DNA from: an uncultured virus (IMG/VR IMGVR_UViG_2061766007_000135)
Lineage: Duplodnaviria > Heunggongvirae > Uroviricota > Caudoviricetes
Length of the DNA: 64,000 nt
IMG/VR virus record: IMGVR_UViG_2061766007_000135
Strand: one strand, 5' to 3'
The translations under genes and the position numbers were made by a program. Positions 37,235-48,413 of this stretch are shown here, piece by piece. The notes under the pieces are model-generated. The model saw only the letters and a program-made list of their open reading frames with translations. It ran no database searches and was not told where the DNA came from. How positions within the stretch are numbered: position 1 is the first letter of the stretch; the number at the start of each line of letters is the position of its first letter.

Positions 37235-38644
37235 ATGGCATATGTTGGATATGTAGTCAAAGTTGAGCATCTGCGCAAACATTTGAATGCTGATCGTTTG
37301 CAAATTGCTACCTTTTTTGGTAATGATACCATTGTTGGTATGAATACCAATTATGGCGATATGGGCATTTATTTTCCTGTAGATGGTCAGCTTTCTGAGC
37401 GTTATTGCGCAGTTAATGATCTTGTGCGTCGTAAGGATGAAAATGGCAAGCAGTGTGGTGGCTATTTGAGTCCTGAGAAGCGCAATATTAAAGCTTTGAA
37501 GCTTCGTGGTGAAAAATCTGATGGTCTATTTATGCCTTTGACTTCTTTGGCAGATTTTTGTAAAATTTCTGATTTGAAAGTCGGAGATACCATTAGTGTC
37601 ATTAATGGTGAAGAGATTTGCCGCAAATATATTCCTAATGTAAATATTGCAGTTCATACCAAAGGTGCTGAGACTCCACGCAAGGCCAAGGCTAATATTG
37701 CTCCTACTTTTTATGAGCATGTTGATACTGCGCAGTTGGCTTATAATCTTAATGCTTTTAAGCCTGGGGATATAATTCAGTTAACTCTTAAGATGCACGG
37801 CACCTCTGGACGTACTGGTTATCTTCCTCTTGTACATATTAAAAAGACTTGGCTTGATAAACTGCTTCATCGTGCAGGCAAAGAATATAAAGAATATGGC
37901 TATATAACTGGCACCCGTCGTGTAGTTTTGGATGACACTCATAAGGGTGGCTTCTATGAATCTGATGATTTCCGTCACGCAATGGCTGCAAAGTTTGAAG
38001 GTAAGCTTCATAAGGGTGAAGTCGTTTATTATGAAATCGTTGGATTCCAAGGCCCTAATGGTGCTCCTATTATGGGACAGGTTCAGAACTCTAAGGTAAA
38101 GGATCCTGAGTTCACTAAGCAGTATGGCGCAGTTACTACTTTCGCATATGGCTGCGATCCTGCCGGCACCTATGAAATGCAGACTAATGAAGCTGGCGAT
38201 ATGGTAATGCCTCCTTGCTGCGAAGTATATGTATATCGTATGACTATGGTCAATGAGGATGGCGACGTTACTGAATATTCTCCTGCTCAGATTAAAGAAC
38301 GTTGTGAGCAGATGGGTGTTCATACCGTTATGGAATTTGAAACCTTCATTATTCCTAAGAAAGAACCCGATTCTCCATTCTCACCACGTGAACCTGAATA
38401 TTATCACGATGTTAACCCTGGCGAATATGTTACTCGTAGAGTAGAAAGATACTTTGATGGACCTGACCCTATTGGTCAGATTCATGTGCGCGAAGGTGTT
38501 GTTATACGTATTCTTAACCGTACTAATTTCGCAGTATATAAGCATAAGAATTTTAATTTTAAGGTGCTAGAAGGCATTGCCAAAGATGAAGCTACCGCAC
38601 CTGATATAGAGGAGGCTCAGGATGTAGGAGAAATGGTGGTTTAA
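37235..38644 (+). CDS. ATP-dependent RNA ligase (Rnl2/DRB0094-like) with N-terminal tRNA-binding OB-like domain
   Basis: KHLNADRL; motif I TLKMHGTS; YYEIVG; REGVVIR; YKHKNFNF. Confidence 0.85.
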   Translation: MAYVGYVVKVEHLRKHLNADRLQIATFFGNDTIVGMNTNYGDMGIYFPVDGQLSERYCAVNDLVRRKDENGKQCGGYLSPEKRNIKALKLRGEKSDGLFMPLTSLADFCKISDLKVGDTISVINGEEICRKYIPNVNIAVHTKGAETPRKAKANIAPTFYEHVDTAQLAYNLNAFKPGDIIQLTLKMHGTSGRTGYLPLVHIKKTWLDKLLHRAGKEYKEYGYITGTRRVVLDDTHKGGFYESDDFRHAMAAKFEGKLHKGEVVYYEIVGFQGPNGAPIMGQVQNSKVKDPEFTKQYGAVTTFAYGCDPAGTYEMQTNEAGDMVMPPCCEVYVYRMTMVNEDGDVTEYSPAQIKERCEQMGVHTVMEFETFIIPKKEPDSPFSPREPEYYHDVNPGEYVTRRVERYFDGPDPIGQIHVREGVVIRILNRTNFAVYKHKNFNFKVLEGIAKDEATAPDIEEAQDVGEMVV

Positions 38645-38752
38645 AATACATTACGCCATATGGCGATTTATTAAATGTATATGCGGTCATAAATATGGAT
38701 GTTGTGACCGCATATACAAACGTTGCACTTGGTGCAATATTTGGAGGTTCAA

Positions 38753-39058
38753 ATGAATAGAGAACAGCGACGTCGTTTTCAAAAGAAAGTGCATAAAAAT
38801 CCTGCTTTGAGCATATGTCCAGAGTGCGGTTATCAGACTTTGTTTTATACTACTAGATTAGATAATCACACAGTAGTTAAATGTGAAATTTGTGATAAAA
38901 CTATTCGTGAAGGTGCAGAAGTAGAAAAGCTAGTACCGCCAGGTATTATATTACCTTTAACTCTTGAAGCATTTGATAAAGCATTGCTATGGGAAGCTTC
39001 ACATCCTAGTGAGGAGAAAAAAGATGAGACTACCGTGGAAGAGAAAGCAGAGGACTGA
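38753..39058 (+). CDS. zinc-ribbon hypothetical protein
   Basis: MNREQRR; CPEC...CEIC. Confidence 0.7.
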   Translation: MNREQRRRFQKKVHKNPALSICPECGYQTLFYTTRLDNHTVVKCEICDKTIREGAEVEKLVPPGIILPLTLEAFDKALLWEASHPSEEKKDETTVEEKAED

Positions 39059-39477
39059 TTTTTTTAAAGATTGGCCCACAATGATCGTCATACCAGAAGA
39101 TTTTGTAAAAAAGTGTTTAGAAAGTATGATGGTTTGTCGTTTTATTCATGATCTTAATCAAGGCCGCAATGGCGATCTTCATTTAAACGCTTTTTTGCTT
39201 GATGGAGCTCATGAAGCTATTGCAGAAGGTGTACAAAAGGCGATCGAAAAAATGAATCAAAATGCACTGGAAGTTGAAAATGGAAAATTTAAAGTCTGGG
39301 GTATTGAATTTGATGAACAACATCAGCCAAAGGAGCGAGTAATTATATGAATAAAGAAGTGAAAATTAAAATGCTGCTGGGGAGGATTCATCTACTAGAG
39401 GCACGAGGTCCGCATAACACAAAGATCTGTAATAAACTGCGTAGACAAATTCGCAAAATGGAAAAGGAGATTTAAGA

Positions 39478-40449
39478 ATGGCCGGATTGATTATTGGCGT
39501 TATTTTTCTGATTGCTGGTTTTGCTTTTGGTGCATATGCTTCTAAAGTATATAAAAATAAAACTAAGGGCAAAGTAATTGGCAATATCGCACGAACTCTT
39601 GGTTGTCTAGTGTGCATTGCTGCAATACTTACTTCTTGCATCTCATATGTGCCGACTGGTTATACCGGCATCGTAACTACATTTGGTAAAGTACATGCTG
39701 AAACTTTGGATGCCGGTATTAATTTTCATGCACCCTGGGATAGTGTAATTACAATGGATAATCGTGAACAGCGTGGTGCTTTTACTTTGGAAGCATTCTC
39801 TAAAGATATTCAGCAGGTTAATGTCCAGGGATCTATTAACTATAATATTGATAAAACCACTGCGATGAATTTGTATCGTGATGTCGGTGTAGGATATGCT
39901 ACAATTTTGATTAGTCCTCGTATTCAAGAGGATGTTAAGATCATTATTGCTAAGTATACCGCTGAAAATCTGATTGAAAATCGCCAAGCGGCAGCTGATG
40001 CTATTTTCGAACTCATTAAAAATGAATTGGCCCCCAAGGGTATTAATGTAATTTCTCTGGCTGTAGAAAATATTGATTTTACTGATGCCTTTGAATCTGC
40101 TGTTGAAGCTAAGCAGGTAGCAACCCAAGAGAAACAGCGTGCTCAGACTCTGCAAGAGCAGCAGACTATGGAAGCTACTCAGAAAGCTGAACGTGACCGC
40201 ATCGCCGCACAGGCGCAGGCTGATATTGCCAAAATTGCGGCACAGGCTGATTTGGAAGTTGTAAAGATCCAGGCTGAAGCTGCGCTATATGCTGGCGAAA
40301 AAGAAGCCGAAATGAATAAGCGTATTGCTGAAGGTCTGACCGAAGAGCTTATCCATTATTATGAGATTAAACAGTGGGATGGCCAGTTGCCTACCTTCGT
40401 CGGTGGAGAAGGCACTTTGCCGATCTTGAACTTTGAAGTGGCGGAGTAA
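39478..40449 (+). CDS. SPFH/prohibitin (band 7) membrane protein
   Basis: TM segments, VPTGYTGIVTTFGKV, FESAVEAKQVA, WDGQLP. Confidence 0.9.
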   Translation: MAGLIIGVIFLIAGFAFGAYASKVYKNKTKGKVIGNIARTLGCLVCIAAILTSCISYVPTGYTGIVTTFGKVHAETLDAGINFHAPWDSVITMDNREQRGAFTLEAFSKDIQQVNVQGSINYNIDKTTAMNLYRDVGVGYATILISPRIQEDVKIIIAKYTAENLIENRQAAADAIFELIKNELAPKGINVISLAVENIDFTDAFESAVEAKQVATQEKQRAQTLQEQQTMEATQKAERDRIAAQAQADIAKIAAQADLEVVKIQAEAALYAGEKEAEMNKRIAEGLTEELIHYYEIKQWDGQLPTFVGGEGTLPILNFEVAE

Positions 40450-40558
40450 AATCCGCCCCTCTTCTTTTTTATTTGAAAATTTTGAAAATAAATGATATAA
40501 TATATATAGAAAGTGAGAAGAGAACTATGAATCCGTATGCTTGGGAGTATGTATTAAA

Positions 40559-40819
40559 ATGATTACTCATGCAGCAGTTATAATCGTGGACAAGCGTCGC
40601 AATAAAGAATGTGTCATTCCCTGCCATCGTCATTGCGATGCTTTCTATATTCTCAAAATTCTTGGCTTTAAGAGATCAGACTATGATATTGTGGCACAAG
40701 GATTTTTAGATGAAAATGAAAATTTCTTAACAAGAGTAGAAGCTAAGAGACACGCACAAGCCTGTGGGCAGATAATTGAAACTGAATTTTCAGAACTTTA
40801 TAGCGAAGATCTATGGTGA
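40559..40819 (+). CDS. hypothetical phage protein
   Basis: HRHCD..QGFLD..FLTRVEA..LYSEDLW. Confidence 0.7.
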   Translation: MITHAAVIIVDKRRNKECVIPCHRHCDAFYILKILGFKRSDYDIVAQGFLDENENFLTRVEAKRHAQACGQIIETEFSELYSEDLW

Positions 40820-41129
40820 GGAGTGATAATATGGGCAAATCCAAAAAATCACAAGTTCCTGATTATATCCGCAAACAACGCGGTGATTGGGGTGCGATTT
40901 CTCCGGTAACAAAAGTAATTCCTAATAAGAAGAAAAATCCTAAGATTAAACATAAAAATAAGGAGTTTGATTAGAATGCTGTTGAAATAAAGGAGCAATT
41001 AAAATGACGTGGTGTTTTTGGTTCTGGTGTATTGTGGGACTAATTTTTGTTGTAATGGGTTATTCTTGTTGTGCAATTTCTAGCAAATTATCAAGATACG
41101 AAGAACGAAACGAAAAAAGGTGAGTAGTA

Positions 41130-41996
41130 ATGCATGATGTATTTTATTTCACTGATTTGCACGGTCGTATGGATCTTTTCAATATGATGCGTGATTGGTG
41201 TTATAGTCAAGATACCGAATGTACCATTATTTATGGTGGCGATGCTTGCGATCGTGGCGAAAATGGGTACGAAATAATCCAAGAATTACTTGCTGATCCG
41301 CAAATTGTTTATCTCTATGGTAATCATGAAGATCTTTTTGTTCAAGCAGTAGATGCAATTATTGGATATTGCGCAAGTAGTGATGAAGCATATGCGCAAT
41401 TACATAATTTTCACACTGAAGAAGATGCTTGTAATTTTATCGCAACCTTAGAGCATAATGAAGCTGTTTATTTACATTTGGCTAATGGTGGTCTGTTAAC
41501 TTTGGTACATTGGCTTCTGGATGGTGCCAATGAAGAAATCATAGATCAGCTTCGTAATTTGCCTCGGGTATATAGATATAATCAAATTGATATTAGCCAT
41601 GCAGGATATACTGCTTCTGCTTTTGATGGAATTTGGGCAGCTGATGAGCAAACTGCGGCTAATGCATATGATTTACACGAAATTATTTGGAATCGTAGTT
41701 GTCTAGCATTAGGCTGGGCTACTGATCGTATTGGTGTATTTGGACATACTCCTACTGCTTCTTTGCCAGCTGGAATCTATGGACGTGACAAGAGTCTTGC
41801 AAGAATTCGTCCCTGCGCTTGGCAAGATAAGATGGGTGCCATAGAAAAGCGTGGTGGATGGAAGATTGATATGGATACTGGCGCAGTATGGACTGGTCGT
41901 GCATATGTCCTAAATCTTTTAACTCTCAATGTTATTGGATTTTATGCTGATCCTAACATAACTGCAAGTGCGTTTGAAACTTATAAAATAATATGA
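41130..41996 (+). CDS. calcineurin-like metallophosphoesterase (Ser/Thr phosphatase type)
   Basis: DLHG, GDACDRG, GNHE, HAG, GHTP, DTGA. Confidence 0.9.
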   Translation: MHDVFYFTDLHGRMDLFNMMRDWCYSQDTECTIIYGGDACDRGENGYEIIQELLADPQIVYLYGNHEDLFVQAVDAIIGYCASSDEAYAQLHNFHTEEDACNFIATLEHNEAVYLHLANGGLLTLVHWLLDGANEEIIDQLRNLPRVYRYNQIDISHAGYTASAFDGIWAADEQTAANAYDLHEIIWNRSCLALGWATDRIGVFGHTPTASLPAGIYGRDKSLARIRPCAWQDKMGAIEKRGGWKIDMDTGAVWTGRAYVLNLLTLNVIGFYADPNITASAFETYKII

Positions 41997-42158
41997 TATA
42001 ATATAAAAAATGAGAAAAGGAGTAATTGTTATGCCAACTTTTTGGATGTTTGCTTTGCTCATTGTTCTTCAGAGCTATTACCTGTATCCAGAAATGTGGA
42101 AATTTTGGAAGCAGTATTTACTGCTTTTTGTAAGAAAAGCCTCGACTAAGAAGGCGAG

Positions 42159-42464
42159 GTGAGGATGATGGGAAAGAAGGCCAATCTATTTACCATACAT
42201 GATTTTTATTGTATCAACTGTGGAGAGAAGGGAATTCCGCTTACCCGTCAGCAGTCTAAACAGCATGAAGCATTTCATCGTAAGCGCATGTATTGTTGGC
42301 ATTGTCGACACACCGTAAATCATATTGAATGTCGCAATGAAGTTGAACGTCAAGAATTTCTTCTACAGTTTAAAATGGGGGCATTTGCTGATGAAGCAAG
42401 AGCAGAATTGGAGTATGAAATTGCCCACCCTAAATTTCAAAATTATCTAAAGGAGATGCGATAA
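42159..42464 (+). CDS. zinc-ribbon protein
   Basis: CINC...CWHC. Confidence 0.7.
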   Translation: MRMMGKKANLFTIHDFYCINCGEKGIPLTRQQSKQHEAFHRKRMYCWHCRHTVNHIECRNEVERQEFLLQFKMGAFADEARAELEYEIAHPKFQNYLKEMR

Positions 42465-42947
42465 ATGCCTACTTTGTATATGATGATTGGTTCTCCTGGT
42501 TCTGGCAAGTCTACTTGGGCCCATAAGTTCCAGCAGAATCGTTTGAATACTATGTATATTTCTCGTGATGAGATTCGTATGTCTATTTTGGCAGATAATG
42601 AGCAGTATTTTTCACATGAGGATGACGTATATGAACACTTCGTAGAGGCTATTGTAAATGGATTGGTGCATAACTATGATGTAATTGCTGACGCTACTCA
42701 CCTTTCTCGTAATTCACGTATTAAGTTGGTTAAGTCTTTGCAGGCCCATGCTCTTTTAGCTGAGCAGTATGAAATTATTTTTATACATATGCTAACTCCA
42801 CTCGATGAATGTGTGCGGCGTGATGCTTTGCGCCAGGGACGTGCGCATGTAACTGACACAGTAATTCGTCGTATGTGGTATCAGGCTCAAGCACCGCAGA
42901 TACACGAATTTCCTAATGTTAAAGGAGTATGGAGTATTTATGAGTGA
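42465..42947 (+). CDS. P-loop polynucleotide-kinase-like protein (AAA_33)
   Basis: GSPGSGKST, SRDEIR, IADATH, RDALR. Confidence 0.85.
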   Translation: MPTLYMMIGSPGSGKSTWAHKFQQNRLNTMYISRDEIRMSILADNEQYFSHEDDVYEHFVEAIVNGLVHNYDVIADATHLSRNSRIKLVKSLQAHALLAEQYEIIFIHMLTPLDECVRRDALRQGRAHVTDTVIRRMWYQAQAPQIHEFPNVKGVWSIYE

Positions 42948-43554
42948 AATTTGGTTTACTAGTGATACCCATTTTGGGCATCAACAAGAATTTCTTTATG
43001 GCCCTCGACAATGTTCTACCCTACAAGAAATGGAAGAAAAGATTGTCGAACATTGGAATCAATTCGTGCGGCCAACTGATATTGTTTATCATTTGGGTGA
43101 TATTAGTATGGGAGTACCGCAAAACTTTGAATTTATTAACACGCTAAATATACTATCACGTCTTAATGGACAAATTCATTGGATACGGGGTAATCATGAT
43201 AGCGATAATAAGGTTCAAACAATTTGTAAAGCATTTCATAATATTACTTTACCTATTTGGTCTGACCTATTGGTAGTAAGTAAACATAAATTTTTTCTAT
43301 GCCATTATCCTACACTCACCGCTAATTTTGATGATAAACATTTCAGTCAACATGTGATTAGTTTACACGGTCATACACATCAAACTAAGAATTGGCTATT
43401 TGCTGATAATCCTTTTGTCTATCACGTTGGTCTTGATTCTCATGATTGTTATCCAGTCCATATTGAAACTGTCTTGGGTGATATTCGCAGTCGTTGGAAC
43501 TCTTTGGGCATGTTAAATATTACTCCTACCGGTATTTATAATGAATATCCATAA
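42940..43554 (+). CDS. metallophosphoesterase
   Basis: FTSDTHFGH, HLGD, RGNHD, HYP, HGHTH. Confidence 0.9.
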   Translation: MSEIWFTSDTHFGHQQEFLYGPRQCSTLQEMEEKIVEHWNQFVRPTDIVYHLGDISMGVPQNFEFINTLNILSRLNGQIHWIRGNHDSDNKVQTICKAFHNITLPIWSDLLVVSKHKFFLCHYPTLTANFDDKHFSQHVISLHGHTHQTKNWLFADNPFVYHVGLDSHDCYPVHIETVLGDIRSRWNSLGMLNITPTGIYNEYP

Positions 43555-43750
43555 AGCGATAATTCGCTTGAAAGTTGAAAGCTCTCACCAAAACGTGGGA
43601 GCTTTCCGCATAACAATTTCTTGATCTACGTTTACGAGCGTTGCTGCCCCCGCGATCGCCCCAGCAATTTTTTTTACCAAAAGGGGTAGATTGACTTTTC
43701 TCAAAAATTATTGTATACTATAAATATAGTGAAGCAAAGGAGATATTAAG

Positions 43751-44191
43751 ATGATGACAGATCCAAAAATTACTTTCACTTATGATCCTGAATTACATAA
43801 AACAATTTGTCAACGTGCTGTGCATAATAAAATTTATATTGGTGTAGCACAATGCCATCCCCACGACTATGACTTTGAGAATAAATTAACTGGACAACAT
43901 TATGCATATACGCGTTCTATGATTAAAGAAATGTGTAGTATGCGCGATGAATATAAATCTCAGTTAAAAATTCTTAATCACTTATACAATATTTATCAAC
44001 AAAGTCCAACTATTGATTTAAATTCTGAAGAATGTTATTATCTGCGTCGTCAAATTCAGTATTTGGAAAGAGATATTGCAGATATGAAGCGATTAATTGG
44101 CGAAACAAGAGGCGATTTAAGAAGTACCATTTTAGAAAAGGATAAGTTATATGCTAAACTGCGCGCCAACCGTACGAGCAGCAACAAGTAA
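43751..44191 (+). CDS. hypothetical protein
   Basis: Promoter and SD; GVAQCHPHD. Confidence 0.7.
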   Translation: MMTDPKITFTYDPELHKTICQRAVHNKIYIGVAQCHPHDYDFENKLTGQHYAYTRSMIKEMCSMRDEYKSQLKILNHLYNIYQQSPTIDLNSEECYYLRRQIQYLERDIADMKRLIGETRGDLRSTILEKDKLYAKLRANRTSSNK

Positions 44192-44520
44192 ATATATCCT
44201 TTCGGTAGCCTAGCATTTTAGTGATAATCGTTGGAAAAACTTGTTAGCACGTCCTCTATATGTACATTGGCAAACTCTAATTAATAATTTGCAAGAAATT
44301 ACTATTTCAGAAAGCAAAGTCGCTCGTCGTATTCTTAAAGCCTGGGAAGAAGATTTAATTCTTCCTATTCCCGATGGCGATAATATGGATGAACTCCCAT
44401 CCATAGTAAGTTTAAATACAAGATTTCCGGACAATGTACGCGTTTTGTGTCAAACGGTCGGCGAGTATGTAAATTTACGAAAAAGCTTCGGTAAAGAAGA
44501 CATAGGAGGATTTACACTTG

Positions 44521-45147
44521 ATGAAATATAAAGATTTGGAAGATTTGGTTTCCTTAATAGACACTTAGAGTATTGATCCCGCAGCATTTTAGTATTTTCA
44601 AAAACTTTTAAATGACCGTACCATTATTTTCAATCAAGAGGTTGATGAACGTATTGTTGAAAGAGTGGCAATTCCTTTATTAGATTTTGAAAAAGATAAT
44701 AGTAATGATCCAGTAACACTTATTTTAGCAACTGTAGGTGGCTCTGTAAGTGATGGTTTTGTTTTATGCAATATTATTGATACTTATACTAAACCTCTCA
44801 ATATTATTGTTTTAGGATATGCCGCCTCAATGGGAACAATTATGTTAGCTGCAGGAGCTCATAATCCTAACGTAAAACGTAAATGTTATCCTTTTACTTA
44901 TTCATTATTACACGCGGGTTCTACAGCTTTTAGTGGTGAATCTTTATCAGTATAGGACACTTTAGAATTTAATAAACGTGTAGATGAAAAAGTAAAAAAC
45001 TTTATTATTACCCATACTAATATATCAGAGGAGGAATATTCTCAACATGAGCGCAAGCAGTGGTTCCTTGATGCTGATGACATGTTAAAATATGGCTTCA
45101 TTGATGAGATTATTGGTAAAGAGGGCGATAATATTGCCAACAATTAA
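44521..45147 (+). CDS. clpP: ClpP-like serine protease, TAG-recoded (3 TAG)
   Basis: DRTIIF, VGGSV, GYAASMG, LLH, WFLDADDMLKYGFIDEII join only if TAG is read through. Confidence 0.85.
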
Positions 45148-46384
45148 GTTTTTCGATACAAGTGCGCTATTAGGTGGTTATAAATTATCTGCTGATGATG
45201 ATAATTATATAAGTAATATTGTATTTCAAGAGTTGGAGCATATAAAAATTTCTGCTAATAAAGATGAGTTTATAAAATATAAAGCACGTTCCTTAGTGCG
45301 ATATTTAATGAAACATCAAGAACTATGGAGTCAAACGAATATTATTCGTAATCGTATAGAAAAACTCCTTTCTAAGTCTCCATAGTTAGAAGAAAATAAT
45401 GATGGTTTGTTAATTTGTGAAGCTTTATTGCTTTCTAAAGCCAATAAACAGCCTGTTGAGTTTATTACTGCTGATGCATCTCAGTATTTACTTGCGGCAA
45501 ATTATGATTTACATTTAAACGCCATATATTATAAAGAAACAGCTCCGAAAGAAAATTTATGGACAGGATATAAAGAAATTTATTATACAGATAGTAATAA
45601 AATGGCGTAGCTTTATGAGCATCCAGAAACTAATACATTAGATTTGGATGTAAATGAATACGCCTTAATTTATTTAGATAATGAATTAGTTGATTTAATT
45701 AAATGGACAGGCGACAACAATGAGATTATTAAATACAAGGAACAAAATACTGATTGGTTTGGTAAAATAAGTCCGCGTAATGTCTAGTAGAAACTATTCT
45801 TTGATTTACTACAAAATCGTAATATTCCTATTAAATTAGCGCGAGGACAATATGGATCAGGTAAAACATTCTTAGCATTAATACATGCTTTTAATTTAAT
45901 CAAATGGCACAAATTTGATAAGATTGTATTTGTGAGAAATAATGTGGAAGTATATGGTAGTCAAAAACTTGGTGCACTTCCGGGAGAGCAAGAGGACAAA
46001 TTACTTCCATTCTTAATGCCGCTAGCGGATATCTTGGGCGATGTAGAAGCATTGCGGCAATAGATTGAAGAAGGCACTATTGAACCAGAACATTTAGGAT
46101 TTATTCGTGGACGTAGTTTTAAAAACTCAATTATCTTAGTAGATGAAGCCGAGAATCTTACGACAGATAATGTAAAATTAATTTTGGGTCGTGTTGGAGA
46201 AGGTAGTGAACTTTGGTTCTTGGGTGATGAGTCACAAACCGATTCTGATATTTTCCGAAAAAATAGCGGCATTGCTTCACTTATCCATAGCTTAAAGGGA
46301 GACCCCCACTTCGGCACAGTAGAGTTACAAAAATCTGAGCGAAGCGCTGTGGCACAACTTGCTGCTAAAATAAAGGAAGCCTAA
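45134..46384 (+). CDS. phoH: PIN-domain + PhoH ATPase protein, TAG-recoded (5 TAG)
   Basis: FDTSALL; PRNV[TAG][TAG]K; GQYGSGKT; GALPG; RGRSF; VDEAEN; GRVGEGS; GDESQTD. Confidence 0.88.
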
Positions 46385-46484
46385 AGGCTTCCTTTTTTAT
46401 TATTACAATTGCTAACAAGAGAGTTGCAAAAATAAAAAATATATGGTATAATATAGATAGAAAATGTAGAGAAAGGATGAAAAA

Positions 46485-48413
46485 ATGGCTGATATAATTG
46501 ATTATGGTGTAAATGATATTAAAACACTTGAAGGTATAGAAGCTATTCGAATGCGGCCAGGTATGTATATTGGTGCCGTAGATGCTGAAGGTGTTTGGCA
46601 AATTACACTGGAAATAATTTCAAATGCCATTGATGAATATCTTGTTGGTGCTTGTAATAAAATTAATATTACTCTGGACGGCCCTAGAGTTATTGTTAGT
46701 GATAACGGACGAGGTGTGCCTTTTGGTAAAAATGCTGAGGGTGAAGAAGTTCTGGTTAACATTTATACTAAATTGCATACTGGCGCTAAGTTCGACAGTA
46801 ATGGTAATACTGGTTATAATACTTCTGGCGGTATGAATGGTGTTGGTGCAAAAGCAACTAACGCATTGTCATCTATGTTTCGAGTAGATAGTTATCGTGA
46901 TGGTCAAGTTGCTTCGGCAATGTTTGCCAAAGGTGAGCTTTTTGATTTTAAAGTCCGGGCACAAAACAAAAATGATAAACCTCATGGCACGGTAGTACAA
47001 TTTATTCCCGATGAAGAAATTTTTAAAGAGGGTATTACACCCGATTATGCAAGATTAAAAAAGCAACTTTGGGAATTGGCATATCTTTCTCCAGGACTGC
47101 ATTTTACTCTTCAGTATACTGGGGATGAAACAGGTAATGGTAGCTGCACAGAGGAAATTGAAAGTAAAAATGGACTACTTGATTATCTTACTACCCTTAC
47201 CTCTGACAAAGAGCTATTGACTACACCATTTTATGCGGAAACTGCAGAAAATAGAATTAGTGTTAGAGTAGCTATGCAATATACTGCGCAATTTTCTGAC
47301 ACATATCGTATTTTTACAAATAGTATTCCTAATATTAGTGGTACTCATTTGACTGGCTTCCGCACAGCTTTAACTCAAGCAATTAATGTATATGCGCGCA
47401 ATAAAAACTTACTTAAAGAAAAAGATAGTAATTTCACTGGTGATGATTTGAAAGAAGGTTTAACGCTTGTCCTTAGTCTCACAATGCCCGATCCAGTGTT
47501 CAGTGGACAAACAAAAGGTACACTCACCTCAGCCGAAGGGCGCACAGTTGTGCAACGACTTTGTTCACAAGCCTTGGCAACTTGGTTTGAAAGTCATGAA
47601 AAAGATGCAAAAGCTATCATTAATAAAGCCATTCTTGCACGCACCGCAAGAGAGAAAGCCCGCAAAGCCAAAGAAACTGTGCGGTCAGCAACTCTCAAGG
47701 CAACTCGTGTTACACTACCAGGGAAACTCGCGGACTGCTCCAGTAAAATACGTTCCAACTGTGAAGTATTTATCGTCGAGGGAGATTCGGCGGCTGGCTC
47801 AGCGAAAGAAGCTCGTGATAGAGACACCCAAGCTATCTTACCTATTCGCGGTAAAATTCTTAATGTACTCAAAGCTGATCTTAGTAAAGCAATGGCTAAT
47901 GAAGAAATTAAAAGTATGATTATTGGTTTCGGTCTACAAGTTCAAAATAATAAAGTAATACTTGATGAAAGTAAACTCCGCTATGGAAAGATTATTATTA
48001 TGGCTGATGCTGATGTAGATGGAGATCATATTCGCTGTTTGTTTTTAACTTTTATTTGGAAGTTCTGTCCAGAACTCATTCAGAAAGGGTATGTATATGC
48101 GGCTGTACCTCCTCTATATAGAATTATTCGTGGAAAAAGTTCAATCTACATTAAAGATGACGCTGCGCTTGCCGATTATCGTGCCAAGAATACGGGATCC
48201 TATGAATTACGTAGATTTAAGGGGCTTGGTGAACAATCGGTGGAGGAACTCGCTGAGTCTACAATGGCTCCCGCTACGCGCACTCTTAAACTTATCACAA
48301 TGGAAGACGCAAATGCCGCAAGTAATACATTCAATTCATTAATGGGCGAAAGCGCGACTATGCGTAAAAAATTTATAGAGGAGAATGCATTCCGTGCAAA
48401 AATTGACATTTAA
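46485..48413 (+). CDS. gyrB: type II topoisomerase subunit B
   Basis: RPGMYIG, EIISNAIDE, DNGRG, EGDSA, PIRGK, DADVDG, RFKGLGE. Confidence 0.95.
   Translation: MADIIDYGVNDIKTLEGIEAIRMRPGMYIGAVDAEGVWQITLEIISNAIDEYLVGACNKINITLDGPRVIVSDNGRGVPFGKNAEGEEVLVNIYTKLHTGAKFDSNGNTGYNTSGGMNGVGAKATNALSSMFRVDSYRDGQVASAMFAKGELFDFKVRAQNKNDKPHGTVVQFIPDEEIFKEGITPDYARLKKQLWELAYLSPGLHFTLQYTGDETGNGSCTEEIESKNGLLDYLTTLTSDKELLTTPFYAETAENRISVRVAMQYTAQFSDTYRIFTNSIPNISGTHLTGFRTALTQAINVYARNKNLLKEKDSNFTGDDLKEGLTLVLSLTMPDPVFSGQTKGTLTSAEGRTVVQRLCSQALATWFESHEKDAKAIINKAILARTAREKARKAKETVRSATLKATRVTLPGKLADCSSKIRSNCEVFIVEGDSAAGSAKEARDRDTQAILPIRGKILNVLKADLSKAMANEEIKSMIIGFGLQVQNNKVILDESKLRYGKIIIMADADVDGDHIRCLFLTFIWKFCPELIQKGYVYAAVPPLYRIIRGKSSIYIKDDAALADYRAKNTGSYELRRFKGLGEQSVEELAESTMAPATRTLKLITMEDANAASNTFNSLMGESATMRKKFIEENAFRAKIDI

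Noticed and set aside
44241..44531. 96-aa ORF upstream of clpP
   Set aside because: TTG start without a clear SD, no recognisable motif, and it overlaps the clpP ribosome-binding site; not supported enough to call
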